This document shows positions 39,843 to 53,898 of a DNA stretch of 64,000 nucleotides, piece after piece. Origin of the DNA: Octopus vulgaris (taxonomy: Eukaryota); the NCBI GenBank assembly GCA_951406725.2, contig OX597823.1, forward strand, positions 13,144,001 through 13,208,000. Reading direction: 5' to 3'. A program made the translations under genes and the position numbers. Position 1 is the first letter of the stretch. Every line of letters begins with the position of its first letter. The notes below the pieces were generated by a model. The model was not told the DNA's origin and searched no databases. It was given only the letters and a program-made list of their open reading frames with translations.

Positions 39843-40497
39843 TATTTCTTTACTACCCACAAGGGGCTAAACATAGAGGGGACAAACAGAGGACATCCAC
39901 AAAGGTATTAAGTTGAGTTACATCGACCCCAGTGAGTAAAGACTGGTACATAATTTATGCCTGGATACCCCGAAAGATTCTTATGATGCATATGGTTACA
40001 TTATTTAGTTTCTACAGTGATATTGTCTTTAAAGTAATGTGTAATAAATTAGTTATCGTTCAACTTTAGGATGTAGTTATATATTTCTTGAATAACCACA
40101 AGGGGCTAAACATAGAGGGGACAAACAAGGACAGACAAAGGTATTAAGTTGATTACATCGACCCCAGTGAGTGACTGGTACATAATTTATCAACCCCGAA
40201 AGGATGAAAGGCAAAGTTGACCTAGGCGGAATTTGAACTCAGAATGTAGTGGCAGACGAAATACCTATTTCTTTACTACCCACAAGGGGCTAAACATAGA
40301 AGGGACAAACAAAGACAGACAAAGGTATTAAGTCGATTGCATCGACCCCAGTGCGTAACTGGTACTTAATTTATCGACCCCGAATGGATGAAAGGTAAAG
40401 TCGACCTCGGCGGAATTTGAACTCAGAACGTAACGGCAGACGAAATACCGCTAAGCATCTCGCCCGACGTGCTAACGTTTCTGGCAGCTCGATGCCT
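39843..40497 (-). mobile_element. SINE family B multimer (dimer 40095-40497 plus partial unit 39843-39975)
   Basis: Three ccacaaggggctaaacataga tails; junction ggcagacgaaatacctatttctttact. Confidence 0.85.
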
Positions 40498-40832
40498 TTT
40501 TAGGATGTAGTTATATCTATGCCAAACTCATTGCATTTGCTTATCTGAATGTAACCATAGTGTAGCTGTTCATCACGAGTGATGGCGAGCTATGATTTTT
40601 ACAAAATTCTGGTGATATGGCTGGAGTTTCGTCTCCCAGAGAATTAAGGAGAAACAATCGCACGACGCCAGCAATGTTAGCTCCGTTGTAAGAATGTATG
40701 TGTGGGGATGTGAGGTGAGATGTGCGTGTGTGTGCGTGCGTTTGTGCATTTGCATGTGCGTGTGTGCGTTTGCGTCTGTGCGTGTGACTGTGTGTATGCG
40801 TATCTCTGAAAATTTGCTTTTGAGTTTGCAGT

Positions 40833-41055
40833 TACTTTACTCTTTTACTCTTTTACTCTTTTACTTGTTTCAGTCATTTGACTGCGGCCATGCTGGAGCA
40901 CCGCCTTTAGTCGAGCAAATCGACCCCGGGACTTATTCTTTGTAAGCCCAGTACTTATTCTATCGGTCTCTTTTGCCGAACCGCTAAGTGACAGGGACGT
41001 AAACACATCAGCATCGGTTGTCAAGCGATGGTGGGAGGGACAAACACAGACACAT

Positions 41056-41108
<53 letters not shown>

Positions 41109-41296
41109 CATATACATATATATACATATATACGACAGGCTTCTTTCAGTTTCCGCCTACCAAATCCACTCACAAGGCATTGGTCGGCCCGGGGCTATAG
41201 CAGAAGACACTTGCCCAAGATGCCACGCAGTGGGACTGAACCAGGAACCATGTGGCTGGTTAGCAAGCTACTTACCACACAGCCACTCCTGCGCCT
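40833..41296 (-). mobile_element. SINE family A, full length, young
   Basis: Consensus match with (tactctt)n tail. Confidence 0.92.
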
Positions 41297-41993
41297 TCCG
41301 AGTGTTTTTGTTATAAAAACATTTCAAATTGCGCACGCTTTCAAAATTATAGCGTGATTCATTTCGAAAACTATCCCTGCGAATGTCTGTTATCTATTTA
41401 TCTATTTTGATTTCATTCATTCATTCATTCTTTCTCAATTTTTGTCTTCTTTCCACCTTTCATGACATATATTTAATTGTTTTTCAGAGACAGAAATTAT
41501 ATCTCAAATGTCATTCAACAAGAAGATAATGAGAAAGCTAAAGAAAAGTATGCTGTGCTAAAAGTACTGAAGTGTCACATTAGACGTTTATATTTATTAA
41601 AAGTACCTGTAAGTAAGGTAAGTGGAAACTTCAAACGAATCCGAAATTCGAAATAATAAACCACCGGAAAAACAGGCAGTTTTTATATAAATATATCAAT
41701 AATATTAATAATATTTAGACGCATAAATGTCCATAGTGTATTTGTATTTTATATGTCGGTATGAGCGCGAGTGTATATACGTGTGCATGTACGTGTGAAG
41801 AGAGTAAGTGAGAGAAAAATCTTAACAGAAACAACTACTATGACAAGGATAAAAACAACAATAATAATAATGTTTTTGTTTATGTTGCATTTATATATTT
41901 TACAGAAAAGGTTTATAGGTTTTGCATGTATATCCATGCTTATTTAAAAATGAGGCTTGCAATACAAGCGATTAACACTATATCAAGATAAAA

Positions 41994-42087
<94 letters not shown>

Positions 42088-42731
42088 TTAAAAGAGATAA
42101 CCTCTGTTAAGCAATTCACTATTCAGAGACATAATCCATATCAAATAGAAAAAACTTTAAATATACCATAATAAATATTATTTAAAAAATCAATAAATTC
42201 AATAAATATCATATTGACTACGCGCGTTTCGTGACTATACTATTTTTATCTTTATTTGTACTGTTTTTTTCTTTATTTGTATTGTTTTTACGTCCTGTTC
42301 TTGTCACCTTTTTTACCCCTCTGCAAAATTTTTTTATTTAATTCATTTGCGGGAAGGATTGTTTCAGTGTAGTCGTGTTCTGCCCTTACCTTCGAAACAC
42401 GCAATTAGTCGAAACAGGGGCAGCTAAAGAAGAGGAATGTTCCCTCTGTTGTTTGTCTTGTACTCTGTTTTTTTCGTTGTTAAAATAAGTCCGTTTCCTT
42501 GTTTTGTTTCTATGTTTTCGTTTCTCATTGTGTTCTATGTTTTCGTTTATTTGTGGTGTCCTGTACTCATATATGCATGTTTATATACATATAGATGTAG
42601 GTATGTACATATATGTACGTATGTATGTATATGTTTTATTTATTTTGTTATTATATTATATATATATGTATATATAAACGATAAAGGTGGCCATTCGTGA
42701 TCTAGAAACGATAGACAACAAATACAGCAGT

Positions 42732-42948
42732 ACAGTTGTCACTAAAGTGACGGAGTGTGACAGTAAGCACCAGCATTGCCAGAAATAAAAGTCAAAACAC
42801 CTCTTAGTCACATGAGATAACTCCTCTAACAGCTGTCAAGGGAGACAGTCGTTAGAAATGTGTTCTCTTGGAGCTAAGTGTTGTTTTGACTCTTCTTTCT
42901 AGCAATGCTGGTTCTTACTACCACCCTCCGACACCTCAGTGACAACTG

Positions 42949-42950
<2 letters not shown>
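42732..42950. repeat. Fold-back element (~105-bp imperfect arms)
   Basis: tacagttgtcactaaagtgacggag..agtaagcaccagcattgccagaaa..agtcaaaacac is mirrored by gtgttgttttgact..tttctagcaatgctggttcttact..ctccgacacctcagtgacaactgta. Confidence 0.85.
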
Positions 42951-43005
<55 letters not shown>

Positions 43006-45145
43006 ATATATATATAAAACAAATAGAAGCAAGAATACATACGCAGTGGACAAACCACGTTCTACGCGCTCTCGGAGTCTCCATGACATCGGACGTCTTC
43101 CACTTCTAGCACTGGGTCCTGTGATTAACCTGTATAAGTTACTCTAGGCACAATGCATTACATATTCCCTGGATACATCAGTTTTAACCTATAGTTTGCC
43201 ATCTATGAGGATTTTAAATTCTAGCCCTATTTTCTCTCCTCCAATAAACACATTAGCTTCATATTTTGTATGTTTCTCTTATCCGATATTCGTTGATGAT
43301 TTTCACAACTCAAAACAAATGCGTGTACGGACAACAAAGACGAGTTTTCACTTCTTTATTCTCAAATACTTTTTCTTTGAACTTACGTGTTTAATTCTGT
43401 GTTTTTTCTTCTCGTTTTCATATTTCAGAGTAGCTTTTCGACGACGATGGGAGATGAATCTGAGAGTGCTTTCCACAGCTTCTAGGCCCTAACTACCAGC
43501 TATAATCATGAAAGAAACGAAAAAATATCTCACGACCAACACGGTTTTTGTATCTTTCGTACTTAGTGAAGTATCTATCCACAAGTTCTAAAATCATCTG
43601 TTTTGAACATAATTCAAATCAGAAAAATATTTCATCCAGTAAACGTCGACGTGACTGAAGGTTACATATTTCATGCGTAGTGTGCGTTGATCAAATTGGC
43701 GCGTAACTGGATTAATACCTTATTTATTGAAGTTACTAGGACGAAAGGTAACATTGACAGCAGCAGAAATATAAATCAGAGAATAAAGAGCTGCAAAAAA
43801 TATTGTAGATTATTTTCCATTTGCCCGAGTGAGTCTACCAGATCATTGCCCTTACCACTCAGAATTATAGTAGGTATGATAGTAGGGATAAATATGATTT
43901 AGAGAGTGGCAATGTTGCTATTGTAGAGTGATATTTGTAGAAGACGTGTATTATGTAATTACATTTTTTTTTTGTTGGAAATGACATCGCTAGGAATATT
44001 GGTAAGGCAGTAAAAGTAATGCTGCTGACTGTGCTGGGAATGGTGATGGTAGTATTGATGAACATGATGCTGAGAGTGCAGATGTTGCAGCTAGAGAGGA
44101 AATGATGTAGAATCCCTGCATTTGAAACCAATGACAAACACCATCCCGCGAGGACTTATAAATAATTAATGTGATGAAATGGAAGGCAAAAGACGAAGAA
44201 CAAACAACACATTCAGCTTCTGATAAAACTAGCTCAAAGGCATATGTAAGATGGAAATAGAAATTTTTACACCTTAATATTGATAGATAAGAATATGCGA
44301 AATGAAGAAGATCGAAAGATTTCAAAATACAAAGTACGAAAAATGTATGCACACTTTGATAGGAATATATACTATCAGTTTAGCTTGAATGGAGATAGAG
44401 AAATCCGTTAGTATGTCCTAGAATATTTCTCGTATTTCTTGTATCTTAAAACAAGTCGAAATGTGTTTTTAATTACATTAATCTTCATAAATTTAAAAAT
44501 GAGAAACTGCGACTTCAACATTAAAGAGGAGACCATCAGATACATTGGCATTTAAAAATAATTGTTATACATGAAAGCAATCACGTAGACTAATATAAAT
44601 TGAACAGAAGACTTTTAAGCATATCTATATATATATATGACTTTAAAAAAAATCTTATTCTACTTCCGACGGTAAACATATTTGTACTAAATAGGGAGAC
44701 AGAATAGTCCGCTTTTTAGCTCATAGTTATTTGATTAAAGTTGAATATATGTTTTAGAGCCTTTGGTTCTTTTTCTCTATGTCAATCATTTCAGATATAT
44801 CAATTTCAGGGCTCGAATGTAAATGAATTACATTAAATACGATAGTATTCTCAACATGGCAGTACCGCAGGAGCGAATTACGTGACAATTGGTAGCGCAT
44901 CGAATAGAATACCCTGCAGTGAATATACACTTTTTTCTTACTTTCTGAGGTGTAATAGCACTGACGGCAACTGTAAATTTATACTGTTGGCTTCTATGAA
45001 ATAAGAAGCTGTTATTACACTGAGTCGATTAAATTGACTAAGCCTTCTCCCTCGTTCCTATGGATAAGTCAGTTTTTGGGCCTACAGTAAAAAGAATTGC
45101 TTTGTGAAATCTGAGAATTATAACATCTAATAATTTTGCTGTATA

Positions 45146-45685
45146 AGGTGGCGAGCTGGTGGAGTCGTTAGCGCACCGGTTAAAATGCTTAGAGGCATTT
45201 CGTCCATCTTTACATTTTGAGTTCAAATTCCACCAAGGTCGAATTTGCTTTTCATAATTTCTGGACCGATAGAATAAGTACCATTTGAGTGCTGGAATCG
45301 AATCTTACACACTCCTCCGACATTGCTGAACTTGTGCCAAACTTTGGAACGAATATCTTAGTTCTAAGTTATTCCTGTGAATAAAAACTTTTATAACAAC
45401 GACTTCTGAATGCTTGAGAGGACTTTTTATTCTCAACAACTGCAATAATTGTTAAAGGTGGCGAGCTGGCAGAATCGTTAGCACGCCGGGCGAAATGCAT
45501 AGCCGTATTTCGTCTGCCGTTACGTTCTGAGTTCAAATTCCACCGAGGTCGACTTTGCTTTAATCCTTTCGGGGTCGATAAATTAAGTACCAGTCACGCA
45601 CTGGGGTCGATGTAATCGACTTAATTCGTTTGTCTGTCCTTGCTTGTCCCCTCTATGTTTAGCCCCTTGTGGGTAATAAAGAAAC
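45146..45685 (+). mobile_element. Two SINE family B copies (45146-45350 degenerate; 45457-45685 full)
   Basis: ggtggcgagctgg heads and consensus bodies. Confidence 0.85.
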
Positions 45686-46929
45686 ATATATTTATTTAGC
45701 CAAGATTGAAGAAGCCTGACTAAAAATATCATACGACATGTGTTAAATAATATACATTGCATAGTACAGATTTGATATTTGAGTGTCTGACGAGCTGAGT
45801 GGTGTGACTGAGATTTTAATTCTCATTATATAATATGAATTGCTTATGAATGGATGCGACCTAAAGACGGATGCATTAGTGTTGTAACAGGACATCAAAC
45901 GTCCTCTCATTTATACTACAAGCGGAGTGTGTCCAGCGAAAGGCTTCCTCGACAATGCGATAATTTGAACTGTGATCGTTTCATTTTCCATTTTACTGTG
46001 AATATGATTTATTCACTACGTTATCACTGAACTATTGATCTTTCTATAGTTAATCTTGGAAATGTTGTCGATAATATATCCAACTAATGTTGATATGAAC
46101 AATGAAATTGTAATAGTTTCTATTTTTACTATAACCGTAACAAAACCTATACAATGCGTATTTTAACTCGGCAGACATTTATCTATAATATTCACTCTTT
46201 GTGTTTCGTATATCATAAAATGTGTGTGACGGCGTATAACACCCTTAGATCGTTTTAATTTTATATATATATATATATATATTACTGTAGATTTGTTCCC
46301 AATACTGATCTAACTCCGCTAAATTATTCTCGTTTATTCTTATTGAATTGATAAATACTCGTGACTTCCAACCATCTTGTTGATTTATTTTGGTTTGGTA
46401 TGTACAGGAAGCGGTTGTGATTATTTGGCACCGCCATGCTTTACGAAACCAGTGAGGTTGACGTCATTGGTGATCTTCTTGAATAAGGTGACACACGGCC
46501 ACTACTTAAGAGGGTCATTACTATTGAAACTTTTCTGCAGTAACAACAACGAGTCTTCAAGGACGGCATGCGATTTCATGAGGAATCACAGTTCCTCCAT
46601 TAAAAATTTTATATATTAATCATTACGCGTTAGGCATTGCAAACGGCAAGCAATTTCATGAAAGTGAATTATATATAAGTTGCGGGTTTTCCTTGTTATT
46701 TGCAAATATTACATTTCTTTACGCATATCACTTTTTACTTTCTGCACCCAAAAATATTTTTTTCAATTACCTGCACCATACATATATATATATATTAGAT
46801 GGTTTGGAGATGATGTGCAGGTATATTATATTAGAAGAAATGAGTTACTCAGAAATCCGGATTTGTTTTATATTCACAGATATTCACATTATCTGTATGA
46901 TGTGGAAAATATTCCATCAGCACTGTCCG

Positions 46930-47305
46930 AATGATGTTGGCACCACCTTCAAAATTCATCCAAGGCTTGAACCACGTGCCATCCGTCCACAACAAAAATC
47001 TAAATCGCATCACATAACGACAATACGGCACAACTATTTCACCGCAATTGGACCCGGTCTCTTCAACATTACACCAGGACACGTCAAAAAAGAAACTGAC
47101 CACACAAAATTCAAGACGTCTTTGGACAAATTCCTTCAAACAGTACCGGACAAACCACCCACACCCGGATGTGTCTCCGCAAACAATAACTATCTGCTCG
47201 AAAGGGCCTCGGTGCCCAAATCCTGAATTGAAAGACTTCGCCAGGTGGTGCTATTAAGTTAGACATGGCCTGGGCCAATACTGGCCAAAACCTTTCTAAG
47301 TTAAG

Positions 47306-47307
<2 letters not shown>
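46930..47307 (+). mobile_element. 3' end of a CR1-group (APE-type) LINE
   Basis: HNYFTAIGPGLFNITPGHVKKETDHTKFKTSLDKFLQTVPDKPPTPG resembles the G..LFN.LP...FK..LD.FL..PD.P C-terminus; short UTR and (aagtt)n tail before (TA)n. Confidence 0.7.
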
Positions 47308-47354
<47 letters not shown>

Positions 47355-47359
<5 letters not shown>

Positions 47360-47637
47360 ACCGACCAGACCATCAGACGTTGTTACACACCGCTGGTCAC
47401 AATGCGTTCGCTTTGTTTTAGCCTTCGAATGACGCCACCCCGCTGGCTAAGCGAGCAGGCCAACAGAAGAAAGAGTGGTGAAAGAGTACAGCAGAGATCA
47501 CCACCCCCTGCCGGAGCCTCGTGGAGCTTTAGGTGTTTTCGCTCAATAAATACTCACAACGCCCGGTCTGGGAATCGAAACCGCGATCTTACGACTGCGA
47601 GTCCGCTGCGCTAACCACTGGGCCATTGCGCCTCCAC
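47355..47637 (-). mobile_element. SINE family C variant
   Basis: Minus-strand head ggaggcgcaatggcccagtggttagcgcagcggactcgcagtcgtaagatcgcggtttcgattcccagaccggg. Confidence 0.85.
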
Positions 47638-47667
47638 ACATATACATATATATATGTATGCATATAG

Positions 47668-47729
<62 letters not shown>

Positions 47730-48237
47730 GTGTGTGCGTATGTGTATGTGAGAATGTGTGTGTGTTTGATGTGTGTGTTGGTGATGTGTGTAGCTCTACA
47801 GAAAAGTAGAAAAAGATGCAGTAAAAGATGACCCACTGCCAAGAAGCAGCTTCTCAATTTATTTCATAAGAAATTTTCTTTTTGATTTTAGTTTATAGGT
47901 CGCTCGAAAACTTCAGCTTCCTCAGATATTACATGCACCAGACACATACACGCATATATGCTCACACACACACATGCTCTCACACTCACGCACACAAACG
48001 CACATATCTACATGTACACACACACATATATATATATATAGAGAGAGAGGGGTGGAGAGAGAGAAAGCTAAACTCATACATACGTATATATATACGCTCG
48101 CGTCTATGTAAGTGTGTGTGTGTGTGTGTGCGTGCGTTTGTTTGTTTGTGTGTGTTTGAGCTTGTGTGTGTGTGTTTATGGTTGAAAATTGTCCGTAATA
48201 GCAGACTTAGACTTAAATAGCAATAATAACTATACTG

Positions 48238-48336
<99 letters not shown>

Positions 48337-48752
48337 CGTCTTTGGATTTTGTTTGCAAGATTCTTTATGTGAGTTCGGGTGTTGAAGCAAATTTTGTTGT
48401 GTCTGGTGAGAGTCATTTTCTTTTTGTGCCTTATGATTTAACACACTCACCAGTAAAAGTTTCCACTTCTTTCTTATTTTTATTTTCCTAAAAGTTTTGT
48501 TGCGTCTTGCAGCCTTTTCAGTGGTCTTCACTCTGTCCGTTATTTACACTGCGTTCCAGGGAGGTTGATGTCATTAGTGATTTCCTTGAATAGGAACGCA
48601 GTGTAAGTAACGGACAGAGTCAAGATTATTGAAAAGGTTGCAAGATGCAACGGAATCTTTAATATAAAAATAAGAAATAAGTGGAAATTTTACCGGTGAG
48701 TGTGTTACATTATAAGGCACAAAAAGAAAATGACTCTCTCCAGACACAGCAG
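48337..48752. repeat. Fold-back element (~160-bp arms, ~35-bp loop) between two (TA)n tracts, with degenerate HHR-like cores
   Basis: 48398-48557 mirrors 48593-48750. Arm consensus ctgaaaa-ggttgc-aagac-gcaac-(g)aa. The loop resembles 46450-46490. Confidence 0.85.
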
Positions 48753-48760
48753 TATGCATA

Positions 48761-49226
<466 letters not shown>

Positions 49227-49310
49227 TTAGAGACAAAACCACTATTTTGCAAAACAAACAAGGAAAGACTTAATCAATACATAAAATTTTAATAAATAGT
49301 CAAAAAACCG

Positions 49311-49353
49311 CCACTACAATTGTTTCTTGTCTTGATCGACAATCTTCAGGTGG
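49311..49353 (-). ncRNA. Minimal type-I hammerhead ribozyme (mirror copy)
   Basis: Exact reverse complement of 52091-52133. Confidence 0.8.
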
Positions 49354-52090
49354 ACTTCCAATCTAAAATATCAATATTTTAAAATATAAAAATAATAATT
49401 TTAAAATAATTAAAGTATGAATGAAAAAATATAAATATATAATCCGTATATAACCTATATATAATCCATATATAATCAATATATAAACAATATATAAACT
49501 AAAATAAACCTATCAACAATTAAATATAAAATATAAAATATAAAACAAAACAAAAAAATAATAATAATATAATAATAAACTATATATACACCCATACACA
49601 TATAACTAATTATATATAACCATATCTAACTACATACACTAAATCACACACCTATATATATATCCCTAAACATACACATAAAAACGTCTAGGCAACTATA
49701 AATAAATAAAATAGCTAAATACTTCAACACAATACTTATTCATACTCCCACACACACACATACAAACCACATTCACGCTCTAGAAAACGGACATCACTTA
49801 AAATTATGAACGGAGAAATGGAATAAATGGAATTAAAAATTATATTCACTTGGTAAAACGAACACTACTTAAAAATTATGAATGAAATAATGCAATAAAA
49901 CAACAGACATCGCAAATAGACACAAATTACTACGAATTCCTTAACAAACCTACCATGATAAACCAATACTCATAAAAACATATAATGATAAAATCTCCCT
50001 TTACAAAACTCTATAACATACCTATATAGCAATCCCCCTAACCTAAACATTCACATACAAATACACACACGTAAACCACACACCCACGACATATACAAAT
50101 ACCCACACCACTTACACATACCTATACATACATATAAACCTCAACATATACTCCAAAAACCCACTCAACCCCACACAGACAAATATACACAAAAATTATG
50201 AATGGATTCTTTTATAAAACTACCATAATTTGAAACTGACTTGTAAGTATGTATTTTATTTCTCCTTATGTCATATTGTTATTTTTGATATTCTGGTTAA
50301 TTACGATGTATTTAATGTTGTTTTTCATTGGAGTGTTTATGTATATGAGTTTGTGTGTGAGTTTTTAGTTGTATAATTTATTTATCTGTATGAGTGTGGG
50401 TGTGTAAATATTGTTGTATATATCGAGTTTAGTGAGTATGTATATGCGTATATGTGAGGGAGTATATGTATCTGTTGTATGTGTGTGTTTTACGTGTGTG
50501 TGTGTTTGTGTGTGAATGTGTATATGGGTTTGTTATTTAGGTTTTGGGATGTATGTGTTAATTTGTCTGTGTGGGGAGGGAGTGGGTTTTTGGTATATAT
50601 TGAGGTTTATAAGTTAGTATAGGTATGTGTGAGTGAGGTGGGTATTTGTATAAGTCGTGGGTCTGTGGTTTACGTGTGTGTATTTGTGTGTGAATGTTTA
50701 GGTTAGGGGGATTGCTATATAGGTTTGTTATAGAGTTTAGCAAAGGGAGATTTTATCGTTATAGGTTTTTAAGAGTTTTGGTATATCATGGGTGTTATTA
50801 TGGAATTCGTGGTAATTTGTCTATTTTCGATGTTGGTTGTTTTATTACATTGTTTCATTCATAATTTTTGAGTGGTGTTCGTTTTGCCACGTGAATATTA
50901 TTTTTAATTCCATTTATTCCATTTCTCCATTAATTATTTTAAAAGATGTTCGTTTCCAGAGCGGTTATACTTTTTATACATATGTTAAGTTCCTTGGTAA
51001 AGTAATTTTGTTTGGTGTATATGTTGAGGCTTATATGTACTTGTGGGTGTGTGTGAGTGGGGTGGGTGTTTGTATTTGTTATGGGTGTGTGGTTTACGTG
51101 TGTGTATTTGTGTGTGAATGTGTAGGTTAAAGGGATTGCTATATAAGTATGTTATAGTGTTTAGTAAAGGGAGGTTTTATTATTTATGTTTTTGTGAGTT
51201 TTAGCTTATCATGGTAGTTTTATAAAAGAATCCATTCATAATTTTTGTGTATATTTGTCTGTGTGGGGTTGAGTGGGTTTTTGGAGTATATGTTGAGGTT
51301 TATATGTATGTATAGGTATGTGTAAGTGGTGTGGGTATTTGTATATGTCGTGGGTGTGTGGTTTACGTGTGTGTATTTGTATGTGAATGTTTAGGTTAGG
51401 GGGATTGCTATATAGGTATGTTATAGAGTTTAGTAAAGGGGGATTTTATCATTATATGTTTTTATGAGTATTGGTTTATCATAGTAGGTTTGTTAAGGAA
51501 TTCGTAGTAATTTGTGTCTATTTGCGATGTCTGTTGTTTTATTGCATTATTTCATTCATAATTTTTAAGTAGTGTTCGTTTTACCAAGTGAATATAATTT
51601 TTAATTCCATTTATTCCATTTCTCCGTTCATAATTTTAAGTGATGTCCGTTTTCTAGAGCGTGAATGTGGTTTGTATGTGTGTGTGTGAGAGTATGAATA
51701 AGTATTGTGTTGAAGTATTTAGCTATTTTATTTATTTATAGTTGCCTAGACGTTTTTATGTGTATGTTTAGGGATATATATATAGGTGTGTGATTTAGTG
51801 TATGTAGTTAGATATGGTTATATATAATTAGTTATATGTGTATGGGTGTATATATAGTTTATTATTATATTATTATTATTTTTTTGTTTTGTTTTATATT
51901 TTATATTTTATATTTTATATTTAATTGTTGATAGGTTTATTTTAGTTTATATATTGTTTATATATTGATTATATATGGAATATATATAGGTTATATACGG
52001 ATTATATATTTATATTTTTTCATTCATACTTTAATTATTTTAAAATTATTATTTTTATATTTTAAAATATTGATATTTTAGATTGGAAGT

Positions 52091-52133
52091 CCACCTGAAG
52101 ATTGTCGATCAAGACAAGAAACAATTGTAGTGG
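52091..52133 (+). ncRNA. Minimal type-I hammerhead ribozyme
   Basis: ccac-CTGAAGA-ttgtc-gatcaa-gacaa-GAAA-caattg-TA-gtgg: stem I ccac/gtgg, stem II ttgtc/gacaa, palindromic caattg stem III, GUA cleavage triplet. Confidence 0.8.
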
Positions 52134-52302
52134 CGGTTTTTTGACTATTTATTAAAATTTTATGTATTGATTAAGTCTTTCCTTGTTTGTTTTGCAAAAT
52201 AGTGGTTTTGTCTCTAATAATATTTTATAATATTTTACTATAAAATTGGATTTAATCCTAAATCTGATTTTTTCCCTGTAAATTTGGATTTATTCCCTAA
52301 TA

Positions 52303-52372
<70 letters not shown>

Positions 52373-52479
52373 ATTACAGATATAGGGTGAAATATAATTA
52401 ATTTAATAAAATCACCAAATTTCACCTAGTAGTATTTCGATATGGAAAAGGACCCTATTCGGTAAAAATTCATATAATT

Positions 52480-52844
52480 ATAATGATAAAGGTTTTTTGC
52501 AACAAGTTGCTTAACCATAAACCGAAAACTTTAGAAATAGTAGACAAAAGACTACTATTTCTTTTACTATAAAATAAGTCTCCACAGACGACAATATTTG
52601 TAACTCACATATGGTAAAAAAGAAGAAAAATAATGAAATCACACAGTCTTCGATTAATTACGTACGTCCATAATTAATCGAAGACTGTGTGATTTCATTA
52701 TTTTTCTTCTTTATTGCCATATGTGAGTTACAAATATTGTTGTCTGTGGAAACTTATTTTTGTAGTAAAAGGAAATAGTAGTCTTTTGGCTACTATTTCT
52801 AAAATTTTCGGTATGTGGTTAAGCAACTTGTTGCAAAAAACCCT

Positions 52845-52850
<6 letters not shown>
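52480..52850. repeat. Fold-back element (~180-bp arms, ~10-bp loop) between (TA)n tracts
   Basis: ggttttttgcaacaagttgcttaacca...aaatcacacagtcttcgattaatta / taattaatcgaagactgtgtgattt...tggttaagcaacttgttgcaaaaaacc. Confidence 0.92.
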
Positions 52851-52894
<44 letters not shown>

Positions 52895-53197
52895 TGGCTG
52901 TGGCACATTTTACCACGTATTTTGTATATAGAAACAACGTATTCGATGTGTCTCTCCTGAAGCTATGTTACACAACTAATTTCTTTCTCTTTTTTTGTAA
53001 TTTGTTGCAATATTTTGCATTGTGATTTCCAAATGTGGCGAGGTCGATTATCTCTTCTCAACCTCGAGGCTTTGGGAGATCTCACTCAATATATAAGAAA
53101 TCCCACTATTTATTGGGACTCTTTAGACTCATTAAGAACCGATTTAATTCATGAAACCATTCCATTATGACATTTATTATGATGGATTGACAAAACA

Positions 53198-53390
53198 ATG
53201 AGCTGGAAGAATTGTTAGAATACCGGTGAAACCGCTTGGCAGCATTTCGTCCGTTTTCCCGTTCTGACTTCAATTTCCGCCGATGTCGACTTTGCCTTTT
53301 AATCCTTTCGGATATCAAGAAAATAGGACATAATTGACCAGCCCTCCGCCACTAATTTTCTGGCATTGTGCCTATAGTAGAAATGACTAT
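53198..53390 (+). mobile_element. Degenerate SINE family B
   Basis: gagctggaagaattgttaga...gtcgactttgccttttaatcctttcgg. Confidence 0.65.
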
Positions 53391-53474
53391 TATGGGTTGG
53401 CAGGTTAGTCACTACTGGGGAACATTTAATATAAACGCACGATAATCCTCTTCCACAAATTTCAGGCCATGTAC

Positions 53475-53898
53475 CTTTCTCTTTTACTCTTTTACGCTTT
53501 TATTTGTTTCAGTCATTTGACTGCGACCATGCTGGAGCACTGCTTTTAGTCGATCAAATCGACCCCGGGACTTATTCTTTGTAAGCCCAGTACTTATTCT
53601 ATCGGTCTCTTTTGCCGAACCGCTAAGTAACAGGGACGTAAACACACCAGCATCGGTTGTCAAGCAATGCTAGAGGGACAAACACAGACACACAAACATA
53701 TACACACACATACATATATAAATATACATATATACGACAGGCTTCTTTCAGTTTCCGTCTACCAAATCCACTCACAAGGCTTTGGTCGGCCCGAGGCTAT
53801 AGCAGAAGACACTTGCTCAAGATGCCACGCAGTGGGACTGAACCCGGAACCATGTGGTTGGTTAGCAAGCTACTTACCACACAGCCACTCCTGCGCCT
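53475..53898 (-). mobile_element. SINE family A, full length
   Basis: Consensus match. Confidence 0.92.

Larger units (their letters stand above)
49221..52305. mobile_element. 3-kb non-coding fold-back element (PLE-type inverted pLTR structure) inserted in (TA)n
   Basis: Arms 49221-50226 and 51211-52223 are near-perfect reverse complements (one extra 7-bp unit, a few SNPs). The spacer holds diverged tandem copies of the arm subrepeat. Strong CA/GT strand skew; HHR near each outer end. Confidence 0.9.
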
